In this document: positions 15,596-25,840 of the stretch, piece after piece
How positions within the stretch are numbered: the first letter of the stretch is position 1
How the letters are laid out: each line of letters opens with the position of its first letter
Program-made: the position numbers and the translations under genes
The notes under the pieces: model-generated
What the model was told of the DNA's origin: nothing
The model's input: only the letters and a program-made list of their open reading frames with translations
Database searches by the model: none
Source of the DNA: Candidatus Baldrarchaeota archaeon
GTDB lineage: Archaea; Asgardarchaeota; Baldrarchaeia; Baldrarchaeales; DXJG01
Reading direction: 5' to 3'
Length of the DNA stretch: 32,000 nucleotides
Assembly: GCA_019056805.1 (NCBI GenBank)
Contig: DXJG01000002.1
Span: 553,103 to 585,102, forward strand

Positions 15596-15833
15596 CGTAT
15601 TAATTCCGTTACTTAGTAAGTTGAAGGGCTGGTTTTAAATCAAACTTAAAATCTTCTATTTTACTTTAACTAGCTTTCGAGTTATATATGTTTTAGATAT
15701 CTCAATAATTTTGGTCGATTTGTTTGCATGTGTATTTATTTCTAGAAGGAATTTTATTTCAGAAAAGATAATATATTGGAGTTATATCTGTGGTATTTCT
15801 GATTGTGTTGCATTGTTGAAGGAGAGGCTTCAA

Positions 15834-17651
15834 ATGCCTGTAAACACTGATTTAAAAGAGTTAGAGAAGAGTGTTATCGACTCTTTCTCCATTGAAGAAG
15901 TTTATAGACACGTTGAGTTTTTAGTAGAAATCGGTGAACGTTTAACTGGTACTAAGGAAATGGAGAAAGCCGCAAGGTATATTAAAAGTGTTTTAAAAGC
16001 GTACGGACTAGACCCGAGGATAGATGAATTTTATGTTTATACTAGTTTCCCTAAACTTTCAGAATTCAAAATACTTCATCCCGAACAAATTGTAGTAGAA
16101 AGTTTTCCTAATCTGCACAGTTTCTCGACCACACCGGAGGGAATTGAAGGAGAACTAGAATATGTTGGATCAGGTAGTGAAGAAGAGTTTAAGAAAAAAG
16201 ATGTAAAAGGTAAAATTGCTCTAGCAGAATTATCTTATTCCCCTCCTAGACCAGAAAAAGCTAAAAATGCGGAGAAATATGGAGCCAAAGCCCTAGTAAT
16301 AATGAACTGGGGGCCTAGCGATAAATCGATTGTTAGCAAAGGTGCCATAAAATGGGTTTGGGGTAATCCCACACCAGAAAGCTGGAAACTATTACCAAAA
16401 ATACCATCAATAAATATTTCAAAAGCCTCAGGAGAACGTTTAAAAGAAATGATAGGCAAAAAGGATGTAAAAGCATGGTTAAGGGTCGAAAATGTTAAAA
16501 CATGGGTTAAAGCTAAGCAACCCATCGCAGAAATAGTTGGCACTACCGAGCCCAACATGTTTGTACTAGTTGGTGGTCATTTGGACGCGTGGGGGAAAAC
16601 AGCTACATGCAATTCCTCTGGGAACGCCTTAATGCTTGAACTAGCTAGATGCCTTATTAAACATAGAGAATTTTTAAGACGTGGAGTAATTTTTGCCTTC
16701 TGGGATGGACACGAAATTGCTGAAGCAGCTGGCTCAACATGGTATATCGACAATTTCTGGGATAAACTCAAAGAGGGCTGTGTAGCATATCTAAACATAG
16801 ATTCACCTGGATTAAAAGATGCAACAAGATATATCGCTTACGCGTCTCCTGAGACATGGAACTTTTTGAAAAAAATAGAAGAAGAAATTAATATCAACAT
16901 CGAAAAACATGTTCCAGTTAAGATAGCTGATAACTCTGTTCTAGGAATCGGTATACCCTACATCTTTACCTTCGCCACTTACACTCAAGAAGAATTAGAG
17001 AAAACCCTGAATCACGCATCTTTAGGTTGGTGGTATCATAGCGTCGAGGATACACTTGATAAAATAGATGGAGAATTACTAGAAGAACACTTCAAAATTT
17101 ACGCAAAATACATTGTAGGTCTTTGTTGTAGCTTAATAATACCCTTCGATTTTGTAACTGTGGCCGACTACATAACAAAGGAGCTAGAAGAACTAGAAAA
17201 AATATCAAAAGGTAAAGTCAAACTTAACATGCTATTCGAAAAAGTAAAGGAGTTCAGAGATACAGTCGAAGAACTTAATGCAATTGCTGCAAAAATCGAA
17301 GAAGCATATGTAAATGGAAAAGAAGAAGATAAAGCTAAGATTGAAGAGGCTGCTAAATTAGTCAACAAATGCATTTTGAAAAATAGTAGAATATTAACTT
17401 CGGCTTTCAGATCAACAGTTGACCCATACGACCAAGAACCTTATGGATTTTCCGTTCTAGAGAAGCCCATACCAAGGCTTTACGTCATAATAAAAGAAAT
17501 AATTGAGACTTCTGGAGGAGAAAAAATGAAACTGTTAGAAACTAAGCTTATTAGAGAAAAAAATAGACTACTAGATGCTCTTAGGGATGCCATATACTTC
17601 ATGCAGCTAACCATAGATAATCTAAGATTTAAGTACAATCTAAGTATCTAA
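15834..17651 (+). CDS. M28-family metallopeptidase with PA domain
   Basis: ERLTGT, KGKIAL (PA), GGHLDAW, NSSG, YLNIDSPG, YHSVEDTLDKID. Start reassigned to ATG 15834 behind GGAGAGG. Confidence 0.85.
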   Translation: MPVNTDLKELEKSVIDSFSIEEVYRHVEFLVEIGERLTGTKEMEKAARYIKSVLKAYGLDPRIDEFYVYTSFPKLSEFKILHPEQIVVESFPNLHSFSTTPEGIEGELEYVGSGSEEEFKKKDVKGKIALAELSYSPPRPEKAKNAEKYGAKALVIMNWGPSDKSIVSKGAIKWVWGNPTPESWKLLPKIPSINISKASGERLKEMIGKKDVKAWLRVENVKTWVKAKQPIAEIVGTTEPNMFVLVGGHLDAWGKTATCNSSGNALMLELARCLIKHREFLRRGVIFAFWDGHEIAEAAGSTWYIDNFWDKLKEGCVAYLNIDSPGLKDATRYIAYASPETWNFLKKIEEEININIEKHVPVKIADNSVLGIGIPYIFTFATYTQEELEKTLNHASLGWWYHSVEDTLDKIDGELLEEHFKIYAKYIVGLCCSLIIPFDFVTVADYITKELEELEKISKGKVKLNMLFEKVKEFRDTVEELNAIAAKIEEAYVNGKEEDKAKIEEAAKLVNKCILKNSRILTSAFRSTVDPYDQEPYGFSVLEKPIPRLYVIIKEIIETSGGEKMKLLETKLIREKNRLLDALRDAIYFMQLTIDNLRFKYNLSI

Positions 17652-17667
17652 ATTATTTACGTTAATA

Positions 17668-18771
17668 CTATTTGAGATTCAATTCACTTAGTATTCTGTC
17701 TATATCTATTCTTTTTTCAATTTCCTTTGCTAGATTGTTTATTTTTGAGTTTTGCATGCTTTTTACCGAGTATCCTGACTCTTCTATCTTTTTCATCGTT
17801 GTATACGTATCATAAGGTGTTAACAAGATTGGAACATGTCTCTCTTCAGCTTTTGTTATCACGTGTTCATCAGGATAAATGTTCCCTGTTAATATCAGAG
17901 CTGCCGTTGGAGTTTCTAATGCTGCTAAAAGTATGTCGGTTCTATCTCCTCCAGTTATCACAGCCTTATCGGTAGTTATTCTTAAATATCTTAGTGCTTT
18001 TTCAGGAGTCATTGCTCCTATCAGAAAGTTTTCTAAAGATCTATCTAACCACTCTTCACCTACGATTATTTTTGCATCTATCGCTTCTGCTATTTCTCTA
18101 GGAGTTATCGGTATAAGTTCCCTTATGCTAGGTATTGTGCCCAATATTCTTGTTCCTTTCAACTCTTTCTCTAAAAGTATGTATTCTTTAAATTCAAGGT
18201 CTTTTTCAGCTCTTGCACCAATAATTATCGCTCCTAAATGATTTACGTGGTTTCTCTCAACAATGCACTCTACTAGTTTTACTTGGTCAAGTATGTAGAG
18301 GGGATCATAGCTTATAAGTGTGATTAAAGGCGAGTTTAGCAAGTTTGACAAGTCTATAGCTGAAAGTCCTAAGGACATACCTGTCCAAAGATAATCTAAT
18401 CCCTCGGTTAAAACTAGGTCTTTCCCTTCTGCAATCTCCTCTGCTACTTCCTTTACATATTTCCTTACTTCTTCAGTTTTTCCTGCAGTTAATATCTTAT
18501 GTAGAAACTCGCGGTGATAAAGGTATGGTGTTATTTTTTGTACAGGGTCTGGAAGATTTAATTTCTCCTTTATTATGCAAGCGTCAGCGTCTCCACACTC
18601 TTTGGATTCAGGCACGTATATTCTTTGGTCTAAAGGCTTGAAATATCCAATCTTGTACCCTCTTTCCATCAAGATTTTCGCCAATCCTACTATGAACACA
18701 GTTTTTCCAACTTGTCTTTCTGTTGAACCTACTATAAGAAATTTTGAATTTTCCAACTTTCCAACCTCCAT
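17668..18771 (-). CDS. Phosphotransacetylase-family protein (BioD-like P-loop + DRTGG domain, no PTA catalytic domain)
   Basis: GSTERQVGKT, IGYFKP, LIGAM, ITGGDRTDI, LILTGN. Confidence 0.9.
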   Translation of the reverse strand: MEVGKLENSKFLIVGSTERQVGKTVFIVGLAKILMERGYKIGYFKPLDQRIYVPESKECGDADACIIKEKLNLPDPVQKITPYLYHREFLHKILTAGKTEEVRKYVKEVAEEIAEGKDLVLTEGLDYLWTGMSLGLSAIDLSNLLNSPLITLISYDPLYILDQVKLVECIVERNHVNHLGAIIIGARAEKDLEFKEYILLEKELKGTRILGTIPSIRELIPITPREIAEAIDAKIIVGEEWLDRSLENFLIGAMTPEKALRYLRITTDKAVITGGDRTDILLAALETPTAALILTGNIYPDEHVITKAEERHVPILLTPYDTYTTMKKIEESGYSVKSMQNSKINNLAKEIEKRIDIDRILSELNLK

Positions 18772-18772
18772 C

Positions 18773-20905
18773 CTAATATTTTATTGTCATACGAGCATCT
18801 ACTGCAAATCCACCTTTCTCATAAATCATTAAGGGGTTTATATCAAGTTCACTTATCTCTTCAAAGTCCTCTAACAACTGGGATACTCTCATTATAGTTT
18901 CTTTTATGAAGTTTATATCGCCTCCAGGTCTTCCTCTTACACCTCTGATTATGTTGTATCCTTTTACTTCACTTATCATTTTTTCTGCTTCTCTTTCACT
19001 TACAGGAGTAACTCTGAATGCAACATCTCTAAAAACTTCTACATATATTCCTCCCAAGCCAAACATGACTAGTGGTCCAAATTGCGGGTCTCTTATTCCT
19101 CCTATTATAACCTCTATTCCGCTTGGCACCATTTCTTGTACGCTTATACCATATATAGTTGCTCTTGGCGCATACTTTCTTACATTCATTATTATTCCTA
19201 GATAGCCGTTTCTTAACTCTTTTTCGTCAGTTATATTTATTTTTACAGCTCCTATGTCCGTTTTATGTATAATGTCTGGTGAAACTATTTTTAATACAAC
19301 TGGGTAACCTATCTCTTCCGCTGCTTCTACAGCTTCATCCAAACTTTTCACTACCTTATATTTTGGAACCATTATACCGTAGTTTTCTAATACCTGTTTT
19401 GCTTCAATCTCCGTTAACCTTGTTCTGTTTTCTTCTCTAAGTTTTTTGAATATTTCAGCTACTCCTTTCTTGTTTACTTCGAAAGTCACTATTTTTTCCT
19501 CCACATTTAACTCTTCAAGTATTTTCTTGTATTTTACAAGTTTTGCAAATGCCGTGACTGCCCTTTCGGGTTCTGTGTAATTTGGAATATTGTATCTTCT
19601 TAGTATATCTTCTATTTCTTCTACCTCTTCTCCACCCATGAAACATCCAATTACTGGTTTTTTCACTCGAGTTGCAACCTCACCAATTAGATGGGCTAAT
19701 TTTCTTTCATCTATGATTTGCACTGGAAGCGAGGCTGTAATTACACCATCCACATTAGGATCTTCTATAATTGTTTTGAAAGCGTTGAAGTACACTTCTT
19801 CGTTAGCATTTCCTGTTACGTCCAGAGGGTTTCTGAAGCTTGCAAATGGTGGAAGATATTTATGTAGTTCTTCTATTGTTTTTTGCGTGAATCTTGCGAA
19901 TTTTAAGCCGTTTAGACTTGCTGCGTCCGCTAAAAGTACACCTACTCCTCCTCCGTTTGTTATTATAGCTATGTTTTCGCTTTTCGGTAGGGGGACTCTT
20001 GCAAATGCTTCCGCTGCATCGAAAAGTTCATCTATTCTATACGCTCTCATGACTCCTGTTTGTTTAAAAGCAGTTTCGTAAGCTATATCCATTCCAGCTA
20101 AGCTTCCTGTGTGAGAAGATACAGCTCTTCCACCCTCCTCCGTTCTTCCAGACTTTATTACAAGTATAGGTTTCTTTTTCACCACTTCTCGCGCCACTTT
20201 AACAAATTTTCTTCCATCTCTTATATCTTCTAAATATAATGTGATGACTTTTGTTTTAGGATCATTTCCTAAATATTCTATTAGATCTGTTTCATCAATA
20301 TCAGCTTTATTTCCTAGATTTATGAACTTTGAGAATCCTATTTTCTCCATTATACCCTGATTTAAAATTGAGATACATAAAGCTCCACTTTGAGATATAA
20401 AGGCTATGTGACCTTTTAAGGGTGATTGAGCAGAAAAAGTCGTGTTAAGGGAATTCCAAGTGTCTATTACTCCAAAACAGTTCGGTCCAAGAAATCTTAT
20501 ACCGTGTTTTTTAGCTATTTTTACTACCTCTCTTTCAAGTTTAACCCCTTCTCCACCCGTTTCCTTAAAACCTGCTGAAATTATTATTGCGGTTGGAACT
20601 CCTTTTTGACCAAGTTGTTCCATTACTTCTGGCACTAATCTATTTGGTACTGTTATTACAGCTAAATCTATTTCCTCTGGCACTTTGAGAGCAGAGGGAT
20701 AACATTGTAACCCTAAGATTTCATCCGCATTTGGGTTGATCGGAAATATTTTTCCTCCATATCCTCCGTAAACCAGATTGTAAAGAACGGCATAGCCTAC
20801 TTTTCCTGGATGTCTTGAAGCTCCTATCACGGCAACGCTTCTGGGATTAAATAAATTGTCTATTGCTGTTCTCATTACTACTTTTTCTTCTAAAATCTGT
20901 TCCAC
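18773..20905 (-). CDS. acdAB: ADP-forming acetate/acyl-CoA ligase, fused alpha-beta
   Basis: FNPRSVAVIGAS, GPNCFG, SQSGAL, SHTGSLAG (phospho-His), C-terminal ATP-grasp GYPVVLKIVSPDIIHKTD...LDINP. Confidence 0.92.
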   Translation of the reverse strand: MEQILEEKVVMRTAIDNLFNPRSVAVIGASRHPGKVGYAVLYNLVYGGYGGKIFPINPNADEILGLQCYPSALKVPEEIDLAVITVPNRLVPEVMEQLGQKGVPTAIIISAGFKETGGEGVKLEREVVKIAKKHGIRFLGPNCFGVIDTWNSLNTTFSAQSPLKGHIAFISQSGALCISILNQGIMEKIGFSKFINLGNKADIDETDLIEYLGNDPKTKVITLYLEDIRDGRKFVKVAREVVKKKPILVIKSGRTEEGGRAVSSHTGSLAGMDIAYETAFKQTGVMRAYRIDELFDAAEAFARVPLPKSENIAIITNGGGVGVLLADAASLNGLKFARFTQKTIEELHKYLPPFASFRNPLDVTGNANEEVYFNAFKTIIEDPNVDGVITASLPVQIIDERKLAHLIGEVATRVKKPVIGCFMGGEEVEEIEDILRRYNIPNYTEPERAVTAFAKLVKYKKILEELNVEEKIVTFEVNKKGVAEIFKKLREENRTRLTEIEAKQVLENYGIMVPKYKVVKSLDEAVEAAEEIGYPVVLKIVSPDIIHKTDIGAVKINITDEKELRNGYLGIIMNVRKYAPRATIYGISVQEMVPSGIEVIIGGIRDPQFGPLVMFGLGGIYVEVFRDVAFRVTPVSEREAEKMISEVKGYNIIRGVRGRPGGDINFIKETIMRVSQLLEDFEEISELDINPLMIYEKGGFAVDARMTIKY

Positions 20906-21114
20906 CCCTTGTCTATCATTTAAGTGTTTAAATTAAATTTGCACTATGATAATTATCTATTAGGTTATTTGTTTTATTTTCTTAAAAGTCTTTTTTGTAA
21001 CAAATTTAAATTTAAAGTTCGATATTTTTAGTGATTTGCAGCCATCTAGTATAGATTTACGTAAAATTTTAATTAAAATATAGAAATCGGCTAAAATATT
21101 GAAGCAAGTCAAAT

Positions 21115-22011
21115 TTAGCGTTGTACATGATACGTTTTAATTTCCTTATTTTTCGAAACCAAAACTATCTCTCCCGGTTTTAGAATTCTTAGTGGCATAT
21201 AACCTAGCTTTGCCATAGTTTCGTCAAGTTTTTTATTCATTTCTACAAGTTTTTCTATATTTAAATCTGGTAGAGTTTTAAGACCATCTTCAGCCTCTTT
21301 TATGTCCTTGTACGTGGAGAAAAGTAATTTTCCATTCTTTTTCCATATTTTAAATCTACTTCCACTCGTCATTCTTTCTTGGGCCAAAATAAGATATGGA
21401 AAATTTCTTATAAGAACTATGAAGTTTCCAGGCTTTCCATCAACACTAAGTTCAACCATTTTTCCCAAAACATATCTTACGGATGCTACAACGTTTCGGC
21501 TGTTGATCTCCTTATCTTTCAACTGCTCTTCTATTAAATGAGGGATCAATTCGCTATCTACGACTAAATCGCGATGTTCGCTTTCAAATCGATGACCTTT
21601 CAACTTCAATTTCTTATATTCTTCCTTATAGTTGGCAAATCCACCATTATGAACAACAAAAATATTTTTGTTGCAATCTACAAAGGGATGAGTAAATCTA
21701 GCCTTTCCTATAGGGGATCCTTTACTTGGCCACCTTGTATGCCCGACAAAAAATATGAAGTATCTACATTTTTCTTTAATAGAGACCTCCAGGTCTTCGA
21801 TCAGTGCATTTCTCTTAATATACTCAGTTTCTCCTTTTTCAATCATCCACATGAAACCTGTTCCAAAACCTTTTCTAGCAGTTTCCTCATCAATATTATG
21901 AGAAATAGAATATTGATAGTAACCCTTAGAACCAACATATTCCTCAAGAATCTTCAAAATTTTTAATGTACAATCAAGATCTTCACCGATAACGCCTGAA
22001 ATTCCACACAT
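21115..22011 (-). CDS. Stand-alone class II (Ntn) glutamine amidotransferase
   Basis: N-terminal MCGISG, GHTRW, THPF, VHNG, DSE. Confidence 0.85.
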   Translation of the reverse strand: MCGISGVIGEDLDCTLKILKILEEYVGSKGYYQYSISHNIDEETARKGFGTGFMWMIEKGETEYIKRNALIEDLEVSIKEKCRYFIFFVGHTRWPSKGSPIGKARFTHPFVDCNKNIFVVHNGGFANYKEEYKKLKLKGHRFESEHRDLVVDSELIPHLIEEQLKDKEINSRNVVASVRYVLGKMVELSVDGKPGNFIVLIRNFPYLILAQERMTSGSRFKIWKKNGKLLFSTYKDIKEAEDGLKTLPDLNIEKLVEMNKKLDETMAKLGYMPLRILKPGEIVLVSKNKEIKTYHVQR

Positions 22012-22103
22012 ATCTACGTCACCAATTACTGGAAAGTATTGAGATAGTTGTTAATATAACTATGTTGGTTGTTGACCGATTATCTATCAAATTAGCTGTT
22101 TTA

Positions 22104-22565
22104 TTATTTGCCTATCAGAGTTTTTGCGATTGTTTCACCGTATTTTTCACATTTTTCAATTTCATTTTCATTCGGAGTTTCTATAGCATACATTCCTTCT
22201 CCAACGATCTTGATACCATGCTCCTCTAACATATCTTTTAAACCTTGTATACATATTTTTGCGTCTTTTTCTCCTCCAGCAGAGGAAAATATGCCGCCAA
22301 TTTTTCCTTTAAGTTTACCGTAAATCTCTATTGACTCGTCGATAAATTTTTTAATTGGCCATGCTGGAAGTCTAAAATAGCTTGGAGAACCTAAAACTAT
22401 AGCATCTGCTTCAAGTAAATCTTTATTAGTTGCTTCCTCAACTTTCTTTAAAATAACCTCTACATCTTCTACTTTTCCTCCACCTTTAGCTATTGCTTCA
22501 GCCATCTTTTTTGTATTACCTGTTTCAGAATAGTAAACAATTAACATTTTCTTTGTCATTTTCAT
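22104..22565 (-). CDS. Flavodoxin-like protein (WrbA/FprA-type)
   Basis: IVYYSETGNTKKMAEAIAKG, ADAIVLGSPSY; start likely ATG 22565 or 22559 behind GAGGGAG. Confidence 0.9.
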   Translation of the reverse strand: MKMTKKMLIVYYSETGNTKKMAEAIAKGGGKVEDVEVILKKVEEATNKDLLEADAIVLGSPSYFRLPAWPIKKFIDESIEIYGKLKGKIGGIFSSAGGEKDAKICIQGLKDMLEEHGIKIVGEGMYAIETPNENEIEKCEKYGETIAKTLIGK

Positions 22566-22758
22566 CTCCCTCTCGTTTATGGTTTTAAATTCTTTAAGAA
22601 TGTTAGAGACCAATTAATCTTATTGTGTTGTTCTCAAATTTCTGCGTCTTTATTATGTAAATGAGAATCAAGTATAAATTTATATATGTGGAGTGAGGGG
22701 GTATTATAAATGCATGTAGAGTTTAAATACGGGAAGTATTTAACTGGTTGGGTACGTT

Positions 22759-23721
22759 ATGACCGATTTATCCCTCATTTTATTCCTGTTCGATATGTTT
22801 TCGTTCCTTCCTTGGGTCATTATTTTATTACTTGCTCTTAGGACATATTTTAACTATCGAAGCAAAATTTTAAGGTATTTTATCTGGAGCGTGTTTTTTC
22901 TCTCATTAGCCTTCATTTGTCACAGCATCTGGGTTTACACAGCATATACGTTCTCCCCACTAGAGCCTTTTCCTCTCGCAGAGAAATTTATGGACATATT
23001 TATAATGATCGCGTTTATTTTTATGGTTTTACTTTCAATGGAGATAGCTTTACCAAAGTGGAGAGCGATAGCCTACATAGCTTTTATTCAAGCCTTAGTC
23101 ACAGCAATTCTAGAGATTTTAGCCAAGGTAGAAACGGAAAGCATAGGTTACAGAGTCCGTCTTGTTCGCCCGACATTTGTCTGCCTAGCTTTATTCACAT
23201 ATTTCATTATTTATGCTAGTATTTCCGGTTTTGGTTTTATTAAAGCTAGCTTAGAAATTAGAGGCAAACCTGTTTGGAAAAGACTACTTGGTATAGGAAC
23301 GACCTGTATTGCTAGCTTGATCGGCTGGTTCCAAATACTTATTGTAGCAGCACTTTATCCAGAATTTCTTATTATTGCGTATTTCATAGCGCTAATTCTG
23401 ATATGGGTTCTTGGCCTAGTTTTATATTTTAGCTTGGCTTATAAAGTAGGAATTGTAGCAATGGAGTTCGTTGAACTCTTAAAACTTAAAAGACTTGACC
23501 CGCTGAGCCGTGAGAGTAGAATCATGGCTTTACTTACAGATTATACCTCTGAGGTTAAGGAATGTCCTTTTTATAATCCTAGTTTACCATCTAAGTGTCA
23601 ACTTGACCCATCGAGCAGGAGACACTGGGACTGCGAGGGAAGAGTTTTTATCAACGGATTTACATGTCCTTACATACTGGATCATTTAAAAGAGAAGAAA
23701 ATGAAAAAGGAACTAAATTAA
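22759..23721 (+). CDS. 7-TM membrane protein with C-terminal four-Cys domain
   Basis: Seven hydrophobic segments in residues ~1-225, then CPFY-x8-C-x11-C-x10-CPY. Confidence 0.8.
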   Translation: MTDLSLILFLFDMFSFLPWVIILLLALRTYFNYRSKILRYFIWSVFFLSLAFICHSIWVYTAYTFSPLEPFPLAEKFMDIFIMIAFIFMVLLSMEIALPKWRAIAYIAFIQALVTAILEILAKVETESIGYRVRLVRPTFVCLALFTYFIIYASISGFGFIKASLEIRGKPVWKRLLGIGTTCIASLIGWFQILIVAALYPEFLIIAYFIALILIWVLGLVLYFSLAYKVGIVAMEFVELLKLKRLDPLSRESRIMALLTDYTSEVKECPFYNPSLPSKCQLDPSSRRHWDCEGRVFINGFTCPYILDHLKEKKMKKELN

Positions 23722-24561
23722 AAGGTTTTTTAGCAATCCGTAGAATTCATCGGCCATATCAGCTATGTTTTTTAATGTATCTCCACCTAATTCCAATAGT
23801 TTAGTCAACATTCTTTTAAAAGACTTTTCAACATTTTTAGGAATTAACGCCAAATTTTCCTCATAGAGAGATCTTAGAACAGGGTCTTCTGTAGTTTTTA
23901 TTAAGGGTGTTACACCAGATAAAACCTTAAATACATCCATTAACAATGGGACGAGAAGATTTATTTCGTTTTCAGCTTTCTTCCAAATTTCTTTTTCACC
24001 AGGTCGAATTCTCAAATGATAACGATATAGCTTTTGCTGACATTCTATAAATCCCTTATTTACAAGGAACCTTGTAACTTCGAAACTTTTAACGGCAGTA
24101 GTAAGCATGTAAAAAGCTAAATCTAAAATATCTGGACGTATTACTTCTTCTTTTTTTAAGATAAGTAAATTTTGCGGCAAAGATATAAAATAATATTCAG
24201 GAGAACCATGTAAAATTGAATGGGCAATCGCTCTTCTTAACTCAGCCACTGCAACCTCCCAAGGTCTATTTTCCATATCGCTTACACATACAGCTATTGT
24301 AGGCCATCCTCTCCATGCAAAATGAGTAGCAGAACTCTCTGGTCCAATCTCTGAAATTCTTATACCAATCTTAGAATATATTCGTTCATTTTCCTCATCA
24401 ATAAACTTATCAGCTTCATATCTACTACGAAAAATTAAAACTTCACAAAACTCTAATTTTGCATCAAGTTTTTCATAACATTCAGAAATCTCCGAAACAA
24501 TATTTTCAACAGTTTCCTGAGGCACATTACCTTTAACAACAACGTAAAGATATTCTCTCAA
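23713..24561 (-). CDS. Uncharacterised protein with a degenerate zincin-like motif
   Basis: 282-aa ORF, TTG start behind GGAG; ELRRAIAHSILHGSPEYY resembles HExxH...H with the first His and the Glu replaced. Confidence 0.7.
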   Translation of the reverse strand: MREYLYVVVKGNVPQETVENIVSEISECYEKLDAKLEFCEVLIFRSRYEADKFIDEENERIYSKIGIRISEIGPESSATHFAWRGWPTIAVCVSDMENRPWEVAVAELRRAIAHSILHGSPEYYFISLPQNLLILKKEEVIRPDILDLAFYMLTTAVKSFEVTRFLVNKGFIECQQKLYRYHLRIRPGEKEIWKKAENEINLLVPLLMDVFKVLSGVTPLIKTTEDPVLRSLYEENLALIPKNVEKSFKRMLTKLLELGGDTLKNIADMADEFYGLLKNLLI

Positions 24562-24610
24562 CTTAATTCTTTCTCCACTCCTATTATTCAGTAGTATTCT
24601 GAATTAAATA

Positions 24611-25762
24611 TTAAATTCTGAAGATTTCGTATGCCATTTCACCTAACTTATATTCTTCAGCATATTTCAACGTTATTAAAGAATCTACTATAGGTGGAAA
24701 TCGTTTAAGATATTCTACCATTGTTATTTTCGAAAACTTGTCAGAACCTTTCTCTAATATCCCTAACTCCTCTGCCACAGAATAGGGTAATCCGGGTGCT
24801 TGATTCACTAGATCTAAAGAAGCTTTATCAACTGCCACAGGATCCGTGGAAGCTAGCACACCTATATTTGGAACTATAGGGTTATCGCTAAAAGGAAAAC
24901 AATCACAATGCACAGTTACATCGTAGAGAAAGTTTAGATATCCAACCTTATCTTTTCCAAAATGTTTTACCACTACTAAAACCGTTTCAACAACCGCCAT
25001 GCAGAATTCATTACTATCTCTATGCATTTCACCCCATTTAGAAATTGCCTTCTCTGGACAAATCGTCCAGCATCCACAGCCCCATACACATATCTCCTGA
25101 TTTATCTTAGCCTTTCCATCAACCATTTCAATAGCGCTAACAGGGCAAAACTTTACACATTCACCACAACCATTACAAAGTTCAGGTTTAACATAAGGTT
25201 TTGTTTTAAGGTGATTTTGAGCCTTTCCTCTTTTTGTTACACATCCCATGCCAACGTTTTTGAGAGCACCACCAAAAGCAGTCCGAGGATGCCCTTTAAA
25301 ATGTGCAAGACTAATTAAACAGTCAGCTTCAGCTATGGCCTGAGCAACTTCAACCTCTTTAAGTACTTTCCCATTTATTTTAATTTTAACACCACTAAGA
25401 CCTTTAAGACCATCTGCTATAATTATTGGAGCACCAACCGTTTCAGAAGTAAATCCGTGACTTGCAGCAACTTTAAGATAATTTACAGCGGTTCCACGAG
25501 GCCTATTTAAACCAACACCAGTGGTATCTGTTACAAAAGGAACTCCACCAAGCTTTTTGATTTCTTCGACAATTATTCTGACATGTATAGGTCTTATATG
25601 CGTAAAATTTCCTTCTTCACCCATGTGAACTTTTACCGCGACAAGATCGCCCTTATCTATGATATTTCCTAGTCCAGCTTCATTGAAAAGTTTAGGTAAC
25701 TTAGCATTAATGTTATCTTCCTCTTTTCGAACTTTAAAATCTATCATGTAAACTTTAGCCAT
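24611..25762 (-). CDS. DUF362 + 2[4Fe-4S] ferredoxin Fe-S protein
   Basis: VAVKVHMGEEGN, HFKGH, GGALKNVGMGC, CNGCGECVKFCP, CVWGCGCWTICP, HCDC, DPVAVD. Confidence 0.9.
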   Translation of the reverse strand: MAKVYMIDFKVRKEEDNINAKLPKLFNEAGLGNIIDKGDLVAVKVHMGEEGNFTHIRPIHVRIIVEEIKKLGGVPFVTDTTGVGLNRPRGTAVNYLKVAASHGFTSETVGAPIIIADGLKGLSGVKIKINGKVLKEVEVAQAIAEADCLISLAHFKGHPRTAFGGALKNVGMGCVTKRGKAQNHLKTKPYVKPELCNGCGECVKFCPVSAIEMVDGKAKINQEICVWGCGCWTICPEKAISKWGEMHRDSNEFCMAVVETVLVVVKHFGKDKVGYLNFLYDVTVHCDCFPFSDNPIVPNIGVLASTDPVAVDKASLDLVNQAPGLPYSVAEELGILEKGSDKFSKITMVEYLKRFPPIVDSLITLKYAEEYKLGEMAYEIFRI

Positions 25763-25840
25763 AGAATCTCACCCTCTCACACTATGACACTATTATATCT
25801 TGTAGCAATATTAAATTTTGCAATATATACGGAAAATTGG

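Noticed and set aside
15748-15761. GGAA-N6-TTCA near-NrpR box upstream of the M28 peptidase
   Set aside because: One mismatch, single copy, AT-rich background.
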